Origin: Candidatus Woesearchaeota archaeon
GTDB lineage: Archaea > Nanobdellota > Nanobdellia > Pacearchaeales > GW2011-AR1
Direction of reading: 5' to 3'
Assembly: GCA_964527365.1 (NCBI GenBank)
Contig: CAZGQV010000001.1
Span: 8,828 to 71,364 of the forward strand
DNA: 62,537 bases
Of the stretch, positions 1 to 9,485 are shown piece by piece. The translations under genes and the position numbers were made by a program. The number at the start of each line of letters is the position of its first letter. Within the stretch, counting starts at the first letter, position 1. Under the pieces are notes generated by a model. It was not told the DNA's origin. It worked only from the letters and a program-made list of their open reading frames with translations, and searched no databases.

Positions 1-23
1 ATGGAAAGGAGGAAAAATAAATT

Positions 24-1208
24 ATGAAAAAAATTATATTAAGTTTAATTTTAGGATTTGCAGCAGCTGCGATTTCAGGAATGGCTGTTTCTGTTTCTGA
101 AAAAGAACAGAAAAGTTTTTCTTTTCAAGAAAAAGATTATTCTGTAGAAATTCAACAACAAGACGATGGAACCATGAATTTGGAAATTAATGGTGAAACT
201 TTTGAAGCTGTTGAAGAAGGGGATGTTGTTGTTGTTAACGGTGCTGAAGTAGAAGTTAATAATGTTAAGGCTCCCTGGTTGTTTAGGAATGAATATAAGC
301 TTGATTTGAAAGTGAAGGAATCTGAAAAAGAGCTGGAAGGTGAATTGGATGGAGGAATAGAAAAAAATTCTATTTATCCTATTTCAACTATAAATTATTT
401 AGGAATTTTAGATATGTTTAATAATGCAAAATATTATGGTGGAACTTTAGACGAAGGACAATCTTGTAATGATATCTGTGAAAATCCGTCTCTCTGGGGA
501 CAATCAGGACCTTCTGGCACATGCATTCTATCAGAATTTGGAGTTGCAGATTTTAGTTCTTATGCAAAGAGTTTTGTAAGATGTGGGTTTTCTGAGGCAG
601 GAAGAGATTTGACTTGTGTTTGTGCATCTATCCCAAATGGAGGAGATTTAGAATATTCAGATGTTGGACTAACTTCAACGAACCAAATTAAGGTAAGGGA
701 TATTTATGTGGATAAAATTCATGAGCTTTTTAGTGGACAAAAAATTAATTTTGTTGATAAAGTTAGTTTTGAAGAAGGTTTTGAAGTAAATACGATTAAC
801 AATCCTTTAGTAGAAGAACTTAAGATTAAAGGTAAGATTATAAAATTAATTGCTAATCCTGGACAAAACGATTCAAAAATTACCCTTCAAGCTAATCATA
901 TTTTCCAAAGCTCTCAGGGAAATATGGATCTTCAAGCAGATAATTCATTGCATATTTATTCTGGTGGTGGCGTTAATATTAATACTGCAAACCAAGATGA
1001 TGATGCTACACTTTATTTGGCAGGAGATAATATTAAAATTTATACCCATAGCGAGAATCCCAATAATGGAATATATTTTACTAATCTTGTAGGAACAGGA
1101 AATGCTTATGCTTGTTTAGATTCATCTGGAAAACTTTACAGAAGTGAAAATCCTTGTAATAGTAATGCAATTGAATCGATCGAAACGGTTGAAAACAATC
1201 TTAACTAA
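24..1208 (+). CDS. Secreted/surface hypothetical protein with Cys-rich module
   Basis: Signal peptide MKKIILSLILGFAAAAISG; Cys cluster (SCNDIC...GTC...RC...TCVC); C-terminal GNAYACLDSSGKLYRSENPC. Confidence 0.8.
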   Translation: MKKIILSLILGFAAAAISGMAVSVSEKEQKSFSFQEKDYSVEIQQQDDGTMNLEINGETFEAVEEGDVVVVNGAEVEVNNVKAPWLFRNEYKLDLKVKESEKELEGELDGGIEKNSIYPISTINYLGILDMFNNAKYYGGTLDEGQSCNDICENPSLWGQSGPSGTCILSEFGVADFSSYAKSFVRCGFSEAGRDLTCVCASIPNGGDLEYSDVGLTSTNQIKVRDIYVDKIHELFSGQKINFVDKVSFEEGFEVNTINNPLVEELKIKGKIIKLIANPGQNDSKITLQANHIFQSSQGNMDLQADNSLHIYSGGGVNINTANQDDDATLYLAGDNIKIYTHSENPNNGIYFTNLVGTGNAYACLDSSGKLYRSENPCNSNAIESIETVENNLN

Positions 1209-1231
1209 AAAGAAACTTTATTTTTATTTTT

Positions 1232-1885
1232 TTATTTTCTTTTTAATATTTCTTGAAATTTGTAGGAATTTTTCCCGAGAAAAGGAATCAATTCTTCTTC
1301 GGTGGAATTAAAAATTATCTTCAGATTTCCAAATTGTTTTAATAATTTTTTTGCTGTAACCGGCCCGATATTTGGAAATGATTCTAAAATATATTGAATT
1401 TGTTCTTTGGGAGATAAATTATTTTTAGAAGGATTCAGGGAAATTTCTCTAGTTTGTTTTTTTGCTAGAAGAGAAATATATGTTGCAGTTTCTTCTTCAT
1501 CTTTTGTAAAAATTATCGGAATTTTATTTCTTAGAGTTGTGGAGAGAATGAATCCCCTTATCGCATTTGGATGCATCTTTGTTTCTTTGAATTTACCCTC
1601 GACAATTAAAAGATAATTTGGATATTGCTTTATTTCTTTTAATTGATTAAAGATTCTTTTATTGATAATTGATTGAATAAAGTCTGTTGTTGTTTTTCTT
1701 TCAATTATTGTATCTTTAACAAGATAATCTCCGACTTTCAATTCTTTGAGTTCAATTTGAAAATTTTTATTTATTAATTCTGCTGGAACTAAAGAATTTT
1801 TCTCACGGTAATCAATTATTATTTTTTCTTTTGGAATGGGCTTGGAAATGGTTTTTTTCTTTGATGCAAAAATGTCATTAATCAT
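1232..1885 (-). CDS. ERCC4/XPF-family endonuclease (Hef nuclease plus HhH domains, stand-alone)
   Basis: IIIDYRE, VGDY, IERKTTTDF nuclease motifs; C-terminal HhH PNIGPVTAKKLL. Confidence 0.93.
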   Translation of the reverse strand: MINDIFASKKKTISKPIPKEKIIIDYREKNSLVPAELINKNFQIELKELKVGDYLVKDTIIERKTTTDFIQSIINKRIFNQLKEIKQYPNYLLIVEGKFKETKMHPNAIRGFILSTTLRNKIPIIFTKDEEETATYISLLAKKQTREISLNPSKNNLSPKEQIQYILESFPNIGPVTAKKLLKQFGNLKIIFNSTEEELIPFLGKNSYKFQEILKRK

Positions 1886-1940
1886 AAAAGGGAAAGTTGA
1901 AAAAAGTTTAAGTTTTGTATTGAGAGAAAAGGATAAAAAT

Positions 1941-2483
1941 TCAGATTAAATTTCTTTTTGTCATTTCTTTGAGAATTACTTTTATTACTTGTCTTTTTGA
2001 TTTTTTTGTTGTGTCAACTGCAAAATCATAATTTGATTTTTTTAAAAAATTAATTTCATATGCTTTTTCAAAACCTTTTTTTGCATCAAATAATCTTTTT
2101 TTTGTTTTTTCTTTAGTTTCTTTTAGAGAAAAATATTTTATTTCTTCTGGACGTTGGTTTTTATAAATTCTTTTTGCTCCGATTTTTGATGAAATGTCTA
2201 GGAATATTTTGAAAGAATCTGGAATAAAATTATATGCTAACCAACTTGAAATAATGAAATTCTCATTTTTTTTGCCATATTTAATTATTTCTTTATCAAT
2301 ATCTTTGTGAATTTGTGAGTCAGTTTTTGCTTGTTCCATCAATTTGTTGATTGTAATGTTTCTTTTTTCAGATAGAATTCTTGCAAAACTCCTATTTTCT
2401 AATTTTAAATTTAGTTCTTTTGCAAGAATTTTTGCAATTGTGGTTTTTCCTGCCCCAGGCATTCCACCCAATGTTATTTTCAT
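1941..2483 (-). CDS. cmk: Cytidylate kinase, archaeal type
   Basis: N-terminal P-loop ITLGGMPGAGKTTIAK, IHKDID, KIFLD, YDFAVDTT; 180 aa. Confidence 0.82.
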   Translation of the reverse strand: MKITLGGMPGAGKTTIAKILAKELNLKLENRSFARILSEKRNITINKLMEQAKTDSQIHKDIDKEIIKYGKKNENFIISSWLAYNFIPDSFKIFLDISSKIGAKRIYKNQRPEEIKYFSLKETKEKTKKRLFDAKKGFEKAYEINFLKKSNYDFAVDTTKKSKRQVIKVILKEMTKRNLI

Positions 2484-2581
2484 GATAAAGAAAATTCTGT
2501 TTTGTTATAAAGGAAGCTTGTTCTTGAAACTATATTTTTGACTTTAGAGTTTTATATAAAGAAAAAAGTTGTTTTTTTGTT

Positions 2582-3310
2582 ATGGCTTTGGAATCAAATA
2601 TAAAAATGGTCTTTTTAGACATGGAAGGAACAATTTTTCAAAAAGTAGTTAAATCTACTCATGGGATTGCTCCAAGTTCTTGGACATACATTGCAGATAC
2701 TTTGGGTTCAGACGCTAAGGCTCAAGAGGAGCTAACAAAAGAGATCTGGAACAGGGGAGGATATAAAAGTTATTCCCAGTGGATGGATGCAACAGTTATG
2801 ATTCATAAAATGTTTGGGCTTGAAAAAAAAACTTTTGATGAAGCGATGAATGTAGATTATTGGCCTGGAGTTAAAGAAACTTTTGATTTTTTTAATAAAA
2901 AAGGATATAAAACGGCATTAATTTCTGGTGGTTTTAAGGCTCAAGCAGATAAAGCTCAAAGTGATTTAATGATTGATTATGCTTTGGCTGGGTGTGAATA
3001 TTTTTGGAATGAAGATGGGAAACTTAGACATTGGAATTTAAATAATGCTGATTATGAAGGCAAAGTTAATTTTTTGAAAGAACATTTGAAAAATGAAGGA
3101 ATTTCTGCCAATCAATGTGCTTTCATTGGTGATGGGCCCAATGATGTTTTACTTGCTAGAGAAGTCGGACTTTCTATTTCATTTAATGGTGTTAAAGAAT
3201 TGAATGAAGCAAGCAATTATGTTATAAAACAAAAACCAGGCAAAGAAGATTTTCGTGAAGTAATTAAGGTATTTGATATAAATGCTTATCAAAAATATAT
3301 GGAAAAGTAA
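2582..3310 (+). CDS. HAD-superfamily phosphatase, SerB/ThrH-like
   Basis: Motif I FLDMEGT, motif II ISGGF, K (YEGK), motif IV GDGPND. Confidence 0.85.
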   Translation: MALESNIKMVFLDMEGTIFQKVVKSTHGIAPSSWTYIADTLGSDAKAQEELTKEIWNRGGYKSYSQWMDATVMIHKMFGLEKKTFDEAMNVDYWPGVKETFDFFNKKGYKTALISGGFKAQADKAQSDLMIDYALAGCEYFWNEDGKLRHWNLNNADYEGKVNFLKEHLKNEGISANQCAFIGDGPNDVLLAREVGLSISFNGVKELNEASNYVIKQKPGKEDFREVIKVFDINAYQKYMEK

Positions 3311-3379
3311 TTTTCTTGTTTTTGAAAATATAATTTTTATTTTAGAATGTTATTTAAATAATTTTTTTCTAATTATTTT

Positions 3380-3913
3380 ATGTTTATTAAAGATAAAAAA
3401 TATGTAATTACTGGAGCAATTGGTTCTGGAAAAACAGCCATAATTAATGAATTGAAGAAAAGAGGATTTTTTATTGTTGAAGAAGTTGCTGAATCTTTTA
3501 TTAGGGAACTTCAAGAAAAGGAAAGTAAAAATCTTCCTTGGCTTAATCGAATTGGTTTTCAAAAAATGGTTTTTCCACTTTTGGTTCAAAACCACGAAAA
3601 TTTATCTTCGGATGAAATAGTTTTTTTTGATCGGGGGTTTCCAGATGAAGTGGCCTTTTTTATGCAAGATGATCTTCCCCTTTCGGATAATTATGGTGGG
3701 GCTTGTAAAAAATATGGATATGAAAAAGTGTTTTTGCTTCCCCCTTGGGAAAAAATTTATGAAAAAACTTCTACTCGACCTTGGAGTTTTTTTGAAGTAA
3801 AAAATAATTATAATTTAATTATTAAAGCATATAATTTATTTAATTATAATTTAATTGAAGTTCCAAAAAATTCTATTCAAAAAAGAGTAGATTACATTTT
3901 GTCTAAAATTTAA
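3380..3913 (+). CDS. AAA_28/NadR-like P-loop nucleotide kinase/ATPase
   Basis: YVITGAIGSGKT, FFDRGFPD, VFLLPPWEKIY. Confidence 0.85.
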   Translation: MFIKDKKYVITGAIGSGKTAIINELKKRGFFIVEEVAESFIRELQEKESKNLPWLNRIGFQKMVFPLLVQNHENLSSDEIVFFDRGFPDEVAFFMQDDLPLSDNYGGACKKYGYEKVFLLPPWEKIYEKTSTRPWSFFEVKNNYNLIIKAYNLFNYNLIEVPKNSIQKRVDYILSKI

Positions 3914-5466
3914 AATAACTTCTTCTGAATTTCTTTTTCTTTCAAAGTTCCTTTTAGTTGTAATTCTTCTTTTATTTTTCCAATTTGTGTTGCCATTTTT
4001 CTCTCTCTTGAAATGGAAGCGTAGTAAGAATATTCGTCTTTTGTACCTTTTGTAATTAACATAATAAGTTTTCCTTTAGAAAGTCTTGCTGTTCTTCCTC
4101 TTCTTTGAATTGAACGAATAGCTGAAGAAACTGGCTCATAGAAAATAACTGAACTTACCTCAGGTATATCTAAACCTTCTTCTGCAATGCAAGTAGCACA
4201 TAAAATATTAATTTTTCTTTCTCGAAATTCATCAATTATTTTCTTTTGATCTTTTTGTGAGAGCCCTTCCCCTTCTTTTTTTGCTTGGCCAACAAAAATC
4301 TTTGATTCAATCCCAGCCAATTTATTTAAATTTCTCGAAATAATTGTTGCTGTTTCTCTAAATTGAGTAAAAACAATTATTTTTGTATCGGGATTATTAT
4401 TTTTTTCATCTCGGACAATTCTTATTATTTCTTCCACTTTTGGGTGTTCTTTCCCGTTAATTAATAATTTATTTGATAAAGCAAAGGCCACATTAAATTC
4501 TCTTTTTGAAACTAAGCGAACAACCCCCCGTGATTGTTTTTTTTCTGCTTGATTATATAAATTTTTCATATATTTATGAAAAGATTCAAGAGTTTGTGTT
4601 TCTAATAATTCCATTGCATGCGAAATTTTTATTGCTTGTGCACAAGAAGACATTGCCCTGTAGCTTTGAGGAGTATGATAATTTCTATTTATTTGATCTG
4701 CTATTTTTTTTTGAAGTAAAAGAAGAGTTATTTTGTTATCTGTACCATATAGGAAATTTTTCTCTCTCAATTCGTTCGTGTAGGAAGTATAAATGTTTTT
4801 TAGAATTGAATGAATTTCAATAAATTCACTAGGCAATTCAAGTTCTTTTTTTTCAAATTCAAGTTCTTGTAAATATTCTTTAACATCTTCTGAATCTCGT
4901 GTTCTCAATTCAACTTTTTCTATAGAAAGATTTTGACAAATTTCCCTTATTTTTTGACCGTCACTCCCCGGAGAAGCTGTGAGACCAATTAATCTGGGGT
5001 GTTTTGATTTTTTCATGTATTCTTTGGCAATAAAATTATAATCATAATTTTTCACACAACGGTGAGCTTCGTCTTCTATTAATAAAGATACATTTTCTAA
5101 ATTGTATAATTTTTTTTGTATATCATTTGTAATGCATTGTGGAGTTGAAAATATGATGTTAGCTGTTTCCCATATTTTTTTTCTTTTTTCTGGTTTTACA
5201 GTTCCAGTAAACAATTCAATATCTGCAAAAAGATCTGGGAGATTTTTTTTAAAATATTCGAGATGTTGTTCTGCGAGGGGTTTTGTTGGTGCCAAAATTA
5301 AAATTTTTTCTAAGGGGAATTTTTTTATTCTTTCAATTGCAACTATTAAGGCAATCAAAGTTTTTCCAAGCCCAGTTGGTAGAACCACCAAAGTATTTTT
5401 TTCAAAACAAGTTTTTGATATTTCTTCTTGATATTTTCTTGGACTTATGTTTTGTAGGAATTCCAT
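3910..5466 (-). CDS. hef: Hef/FANCM-like DEAD/DEAH helicase (helicase domain only)
   Basis: PRKYQ, LPTGLGKT, DEAHR, GLTASPG, EEGLDI, QRRGRTAR. Start moved to MEFLQNISP (5466); the upstream extension is low-complexity and overlaps the next gene. Confidence 0.92.
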   Translation of the reverse strand: MEFLQNISPRKYQEEISKTCFEKNTLVVLPTGLGKTLIALIVAIERIKKFPLEKILILAPTKPLAEQHLEYFKKNLPDLFADIELFTGTVKPEKRKKIWETANIIFSTPQCITNDIQKKLYNLENVSLLIEDEAHRCVKNYDYNFIAKEYMKKSKHPRLIGLTASPGSDGQKIREICQNLSIEKVELRTRDSEDVKEYLQELEFEKKELELPSEFIEIHSILKNIYTSYTNELREKNFLYGTDNKITLLLLQKKIADQINRNYHTPQSYRAMSSCAQAIKISHAMELLETQTLESFHKYMKNLYNQAEKKQSRGVVRLVSKREFNVAFALSNKLLINGKEHPKVEEIIRIVRDEKNNNPDTKIIVFTQFRETATIISRNLNKLAGIESKIFVGQAKKEGEGLSQKDQKKIIDEFRERKINILCATCIAEEGLDIPEVSSVIFYEPVSSAIRSIQRRGRTARLSKGKLIMLITKGTKDEYSYYASISRERKMATQIGKIKEELQLKGTLKEKEIQKKLF

Positions 5467-5504
5467 TATTATTTGAATTTTGTATAGATTATAAATTTTT
5501 AGAA

Positions 5505-6131
5505 CTAAATTGCAATTATTGTTGCAATTGTTGCAAGAGTGGTAATGATCGTTATGAAGGCCCAATTAGGAATGTTTCCGAAAAAGATTTTTGCTCCATC
5601 TAAATCTGAGATTGGAATTAGGTTGAAGAATGCGTAAAGAATATTTAATTTAGCAAAAACTGGTGCTCCCAATAAATAGGCCGCAAGAGCGATAATTAAG
5701 TTTGCCCAAATTCCAGTTGAAGCAATCCAGCCCATTTCTTTTTCAGTTACTTCTGAGAATGAATATAACCCATATCTTTTGGCTGCCTTATATGATTTTC
5801 CTTCAACTTCAAAAGTTAAACAAGCCATCCAGTTTACTAAACCAACTGAAACAAATTTAATAAGTAGCGGAATTATTATTCCAAAGGGAATCATTCCCGT
5901 AAATTTGTGGTGGGGCTTGTAACCGAACCTTCGCCATTCCCACATTTTAATTTCAACGTCTGTGTCTAATATGTGTCCTGCTATTTTTTTAGCTAAAACG
6001 TTAATTCCAATCACTCCAAAAATAGCTAAACAAGTCATTCCAAAAATTTCCCAACTTTCAATTAATGAAACTATAATTCCCAAGGTTAATGTGATGCTTA
6101 AGATAATTGTGATTTCTTTTTTGTTTAACAT
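5505..6131 (-). CDS. Site-2 protease (M50)-like membrane protein lacking HExxH
   Basis: Multiple TM helices, IASTGIWAN, FNLIPISDLDG; INVLAKK at the expected HExxH position. Confidence 0.7.
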   Translation of the reverse strand: MLNKKEITIILSITLTLGIIVSLIESWEIFGMTCLAIFGVIGINVLAKKIAGHILDTDVEIKMWEWRRFGYKPHHKFTGMIPFGIIIPLLIKFVSVGLVNWMACLTFEVEGKSYKAAKRYGLYSFSEVTEKEMGWIASTGIWANLIIALAAYLLGAPVFAKLNILYAFFNLIPISDLDGAKIFFGNIPNWAFITIITTLATIATIIAI

Positions 6132-6256
6132 ATTATTTATTGGTTTAATTTTTTTATAAAACTTGTTGGGATGAAGAATAGATTTGGTTTGTTGGATTTT
6201 TGATTTTATTCTTTTAGTATGGAAAACTATTTAAATAAAATAACATATTTTCTTTT

Positions 6257-6538
6257 ATGAAAGTAGTGAAAATAACAGATGTGATCGGAACCAAGGTTTA
6301 TACAGATTTTGGAGATTATTTTGGAGAAATCGAAGAAGCCAATTTATTTGAAAATAAAGTTGATGGTTGGAGAATAAGAATTGGCGGCCATTTAACTGGG
6401 CTTCTTGGAGGAGCGAGGGGAGTTATCATTCCACACCAATTTGTTAAAGCAGTAGGAGATATTTTTATTATAAATAAAGCTGCTTTACCAAGTCAAGAAC
6501 ATCCAGATTTGGAAGAAAGCGCAACTGAATTGATCTAA
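6257..6538 (+). CDS. PRC-barrel domain protein
   Basis: ITDVIGTKVYTDFGDYFGEIEE and IIPHQFVKAVGDIFII match the PRC-barrel pattern. Confidence 0.9.
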   Translation: MKVVKITDVIGTKVYTDFGDYFGEIEEANLFENKVDGWRIRIGGHLTGLLGGARGVIIPHQFVKAVGDIFIINKAALPSQEHPDLEESATELI

Positions 6539-6540
6539 GA

Positions 6541-7086
6541 ATGTCCACAATATTACAATCTTCATTATTAACTGATTTTTTATATCCCTTTTTATTAATT
6601 TTCTTTATTTGTTTTGGTATTTTAGAGAAGACATCTATTTTGGGTTCCGATAAGAAACAATTGAATGCAATGCTATCTTTAGTAATTGGTCTTGTGTTTG
6701 TTGGAGCTGTTTTTCCTAAAATTATTGCGGCTAATTTGGTACAGTTCATGACTGTTGGAATGGTTGTGATTTTTGTTGCTATTCTCCTTTGGAATTTTGT
6801 TTCTCAAGGAAGTGGTTTTGCAAGTGAAGGGGGAACAAAAATTCACAAACTTTTTGTTTGGTTGATTGGGCTTGGTTTGTTTTTTGGTGTTTTGTGGGCA
6901 ACAGGGATTGCTGAAGGATTTGTTAATGGATTACAAAAGGTTTTCTTATTCTTATTTGATTCTTCTTGGAGTGGGGGATTTTGGACAAATACACTCTTTG
7001 TAATTTTCATTGCTCTCGCGATTGCACTTGTGCTTGGTTGGAATCCATTTAAAGGTGGAATGAATTGGTATATGAAATTGAAATAA
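6541..7086 (+). CDS. Multi-pass membrane protein, paralog 1 of 3
   Basis: About 5 TM segments; YPFLLIFFICFGILEK motif shared with the next two genes. Confidence 0.85.
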   Translation: MSTILQSSLLTDFLYPFLLIFFICFGILEKTSILGSDKKQLNAMLSLVIGLVFVGAVFPKIIAANLVQFMTVGMVVIFVAILLWNFVSQGSGFASEGGTKIHKLFVWLIGLGLFFGVLWATGIAEGFVNGLQKVFLFLFDSSWSGGFWTNTLFVIFIALAIALVLGWNPFKGGMNWYMKLK

Positions 7087-7142
7087 ATACCTCCTTATGG
7101 AAATATATTTAAAGTAATTTTGAGATAATAGAATAAGATAAA

Positions 7143-7670
7143 ATGGCAACAATATTACAATCTTCATTATTAACTGATTTTTTATATCCCTTCTTATTAA
7201 TATTTTTTATTTGTTTTGCTATTTTAGAAAAAGCTAATATTTTTGGAGAGGAAAAAAAACAATTGAATGCCTTGGTTTCATTAGTTATTGGACTTATTTT
7301 TGTGGGGGCTGTTTTCCCTAAAATAATTGTTGCTAATATGATCCTTTTTATGACTGTAGGTTTAGTTATAATTTTTGTAGGTTTAATGCTTTGGGGATTT
7401 GTTTCTGGAGGAAATATTACTGTTGGGAAAAAAATGCAGATTTTTTATGCTTGGTTATTAGGGATTGCAATTGTTATCGCAGTAATTTGGGCAACTGGAA
7501 TTGGAGAAGGATTTCTTAATGGTTTAGAAAGTATTTTTAGATTTCTTTTTGATTCTTCTTGGAGTAGTCCTTTTTGGTCTAACTTTTTGTTTGTAGCATT
7601 AATTATTATTGCAGTGGTTATTGTTATTAAAGCAAAGAGTGTCGTTGAAGGCGAGAAAAAGGGACCATAA
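7143..7670 (+). CDS. Multi-pass membrane protein, paralog 2 of 3
   Basis: N-terminus nearly identical to 6541 gene; 44 nt identical (6547-6590 vs 7149-7192). Confidence 0.85.
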   Translation: MATILQSSLLTDFLYPFLLIFFICFAILEKANIFGEEKKQLNALVSLVIGLIFVGAVFPKIIVANMILFMTVGLVIIFVGLMLWGFVSGGNITVGKKMQIFYAWLLGIAIVIAVIWATGIGEGFLNGLESIFRFLFDSSWSSPFWSNFLFVALIIIAVVIVIKAKSVVEGEKKGP

Positions 7671-7715
7671 TTTTTTCAACGAAATCTATTTAAAGAATAT
7701 TTATGTTAATTTGTT

Positions 7716-8321
7716 ATGTTAGAGGGATTTATTAATTTGGCTTCTTATGGTCTTGGAAGTGGGGGAACTTTAGGGAATATACTTTTTAGTTGGGAGCAGG
7801 CAGGTATTTTTAGTTATGCTTTACCTTTTTTACTTATCTTTGCAATGCTTTTTGCTATTTTAGAGAAGACAAATTTATTTGGAAAGAATAAAGCGATAAA
7901 TGTTATTCTTTCTGTTTCAATTGCTTTAATGGCTTTACAATTTCATTTTGTTTCATATTTCTTTGCAGAAATTTTTCCCAGAATGGGTGTTTTGTTATCA
8001 ATAATTTTAGTTGGAATGATTTTGATGGGATTATTTTTCAAGTTTGAAGATGAAAAGGGTAAATCTACCTTAACTGCAAAGATTTTTGGGGGAATAGTAG
8101 TTTTAGGAATAATTATTATTGTTTATCAAAGTTTTAGCGGTCAATTTGGTTTTGGTTGGGGCCTTGGATCTGCTTGGGGACTCACTTTTTGGTTCCAACA
8201 ATTTGGATCAGCAATATTGGGAGCAATTGTAATTGTCGGGTTACTTATTTGGGCAATTGTTGCATCTAAACCAGCAAGATCTACACCTGCACAGAGTTTT
8301 GGTCCAGCAGTTAGAGCTTAA
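7716..8321 (+). CDS. Multi-pass membrane protein, paralog 3 of 3 (more diverged)
   Basis: YALPFLLIFAMLFAILEK...KAINVILSVSIALM aligns with paralogs 1 and 2. Confidence 0.85.
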   Translation: MLEGFINLASYGLGSGGTLGNILFSWEQAGIFSYALPFLLIFAMLFAILEKTNLFGKNKAINVILSVSIALMALQFHFVSYFFAEIFPRMGVLLSIILVGMILMGLFFKFEDEKGKSTLTAKIFGGIVVLGIIIIVYQSFSGQFGFGWGLGSAWGLTFWFQQFGSAILGAIVIVGLLIWAIVASKPARSTPAQSFGPAVRA

Positions 8322-8374
8322 TTTTTTAAAATTTTTAATTAATAGTTACAAGTAATTCAAATTAATTTTTAGAA

Positions 8375-9052
8375 TTAAATTTTTGAATTCATTTTTGAAA
8401 AAGAATTTTCTACCATGTTAATTTCTTTTTTCAAATGATCTATGTTTTTTCCAAATGAACCAACTTTGTCTAAAATAGCGACTTGCATTTTGTCAAATTG
8501 GTGTTCCATTCTTCTAAGCCTCTCATGAATATCATCTATTTTTGAAGTATAAATTGTTTTGAATTCAATTAGGGAATTTATTTTTTTTGACAATTCTTTC
8601 ATTTTTTCAGAAAATACTTGTTCAGCTACTTCAATCATTGTATCTGTTCCAGAATAACTTTCACTATAATTTCCATCTTCTTCTGCATAATTTTCTTCTG
8701 GAGGATAATAATTGGATTCTTCTTGGAATTCTCCATAATTTTCTTGTGGATTGTATTGTTCTTCTTCTGCTTGCATTTGGGGTTTGTATTCTTGAGCAAT
8801 AGTTTCTGGAGCTTGTGCTTGATTCATGTTTTCTTCTTCTGGAATTGGGGCTGGAATCTTTTGTTTATCCATCATGGAGGGTTGCATACCTTCAGTCGGA
8901 CTTTTCTCTTCAATTGCATCTTTTATTTTTCCTTGGTTTAATGCGTCATTAATTTCCATCGGACTTATTCCTTCTGCTTTTAATTTTGTGATGATATCTC
9001 CTTCAGAAGCACCTTCTTTTTTAAGTTTATTAACTCTTTCAAATATTGTCAT
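8375..9052 (-). CDS. Hypothetical protein: helical N-domain, acidic linker, coiled-coil C-terminus
   Basis: ORF 225 aa; E/Q/Y-rich middle; heptad-like C-terminal half. Confidence 0.8.
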   Translation of the reverse strand: MTIFERVNKLKKEGASEGDIITKLKAEGISPMEINDALNQGKIKDAIEEKSPTEGMQPSMMDKQKIPAPIPEEENMNQAQAPETIAQEYKPQMQAEEEQYNPQENYGEFQEESNYYPPEENYAEEDGNYSESYSGTDTMIEVAEQVFSEKMKELSKKINSLIEFKTIYTSKIDDIHERLRRMEHQFDKMQVAILDKVGSFGKNIDHLKKEINMVENSFSKMNSKI

Positions 9053-9066
9053 GTTGTTTATAGGAT

Positions 9067-9405
9067 TTATTTCTTTTTTAACTTTTCGAGCTCACTTCTT
9101 CTAACAAATTCAAGCGGTTGAAACATTTTTGCTTGTTTTGCCAATATTTCAACATCTTCTTTTTTTGCAAATTTAGATAGTTCACCAGAAATTGTTTCTA
9201 AAAAATCTTTAATTTTTTCTAAATCGTTATTCATTGAATGAACTTGTTTTTTCAATTCTAAAACTTCTAAATCATTTTTCTCTCTAAAATCGATTAAATT
9301 TTGCCCGATTAATAAAAGTCTATCTTTCAAGAGTCTTTGTTTTTCTTCCAAATCTCTGAAACCTGAATTATAAGGGTCTGCTTGTGGGACCTTAACTTCT
9401 ACCAT
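9067..9405 (-). CDS. Hypothetical coiled-coil protein
   Basis: 112-aa ORF with heptad pattern; divergent from the secretion ATPase. Confidence 0.8.
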   Translation of the reverse strand: MVEVKVPQADPYNSGFRDLEEKQRLLKDRLLLIGQNLIDFREKNDLEVLELKKQVHSMNNDLEKIKDFLETISGELSKFAKKEDVEILAKQAKMFQPLEFVRRSELEKLKKK

Positions 9406-9485
9406 ATTTATTAAATGTTAAATTGGTTTAAATTTGTTTTGTCCTGGCGCAAAATTAATATAAACTATTATTACTTCTTTTCTTT

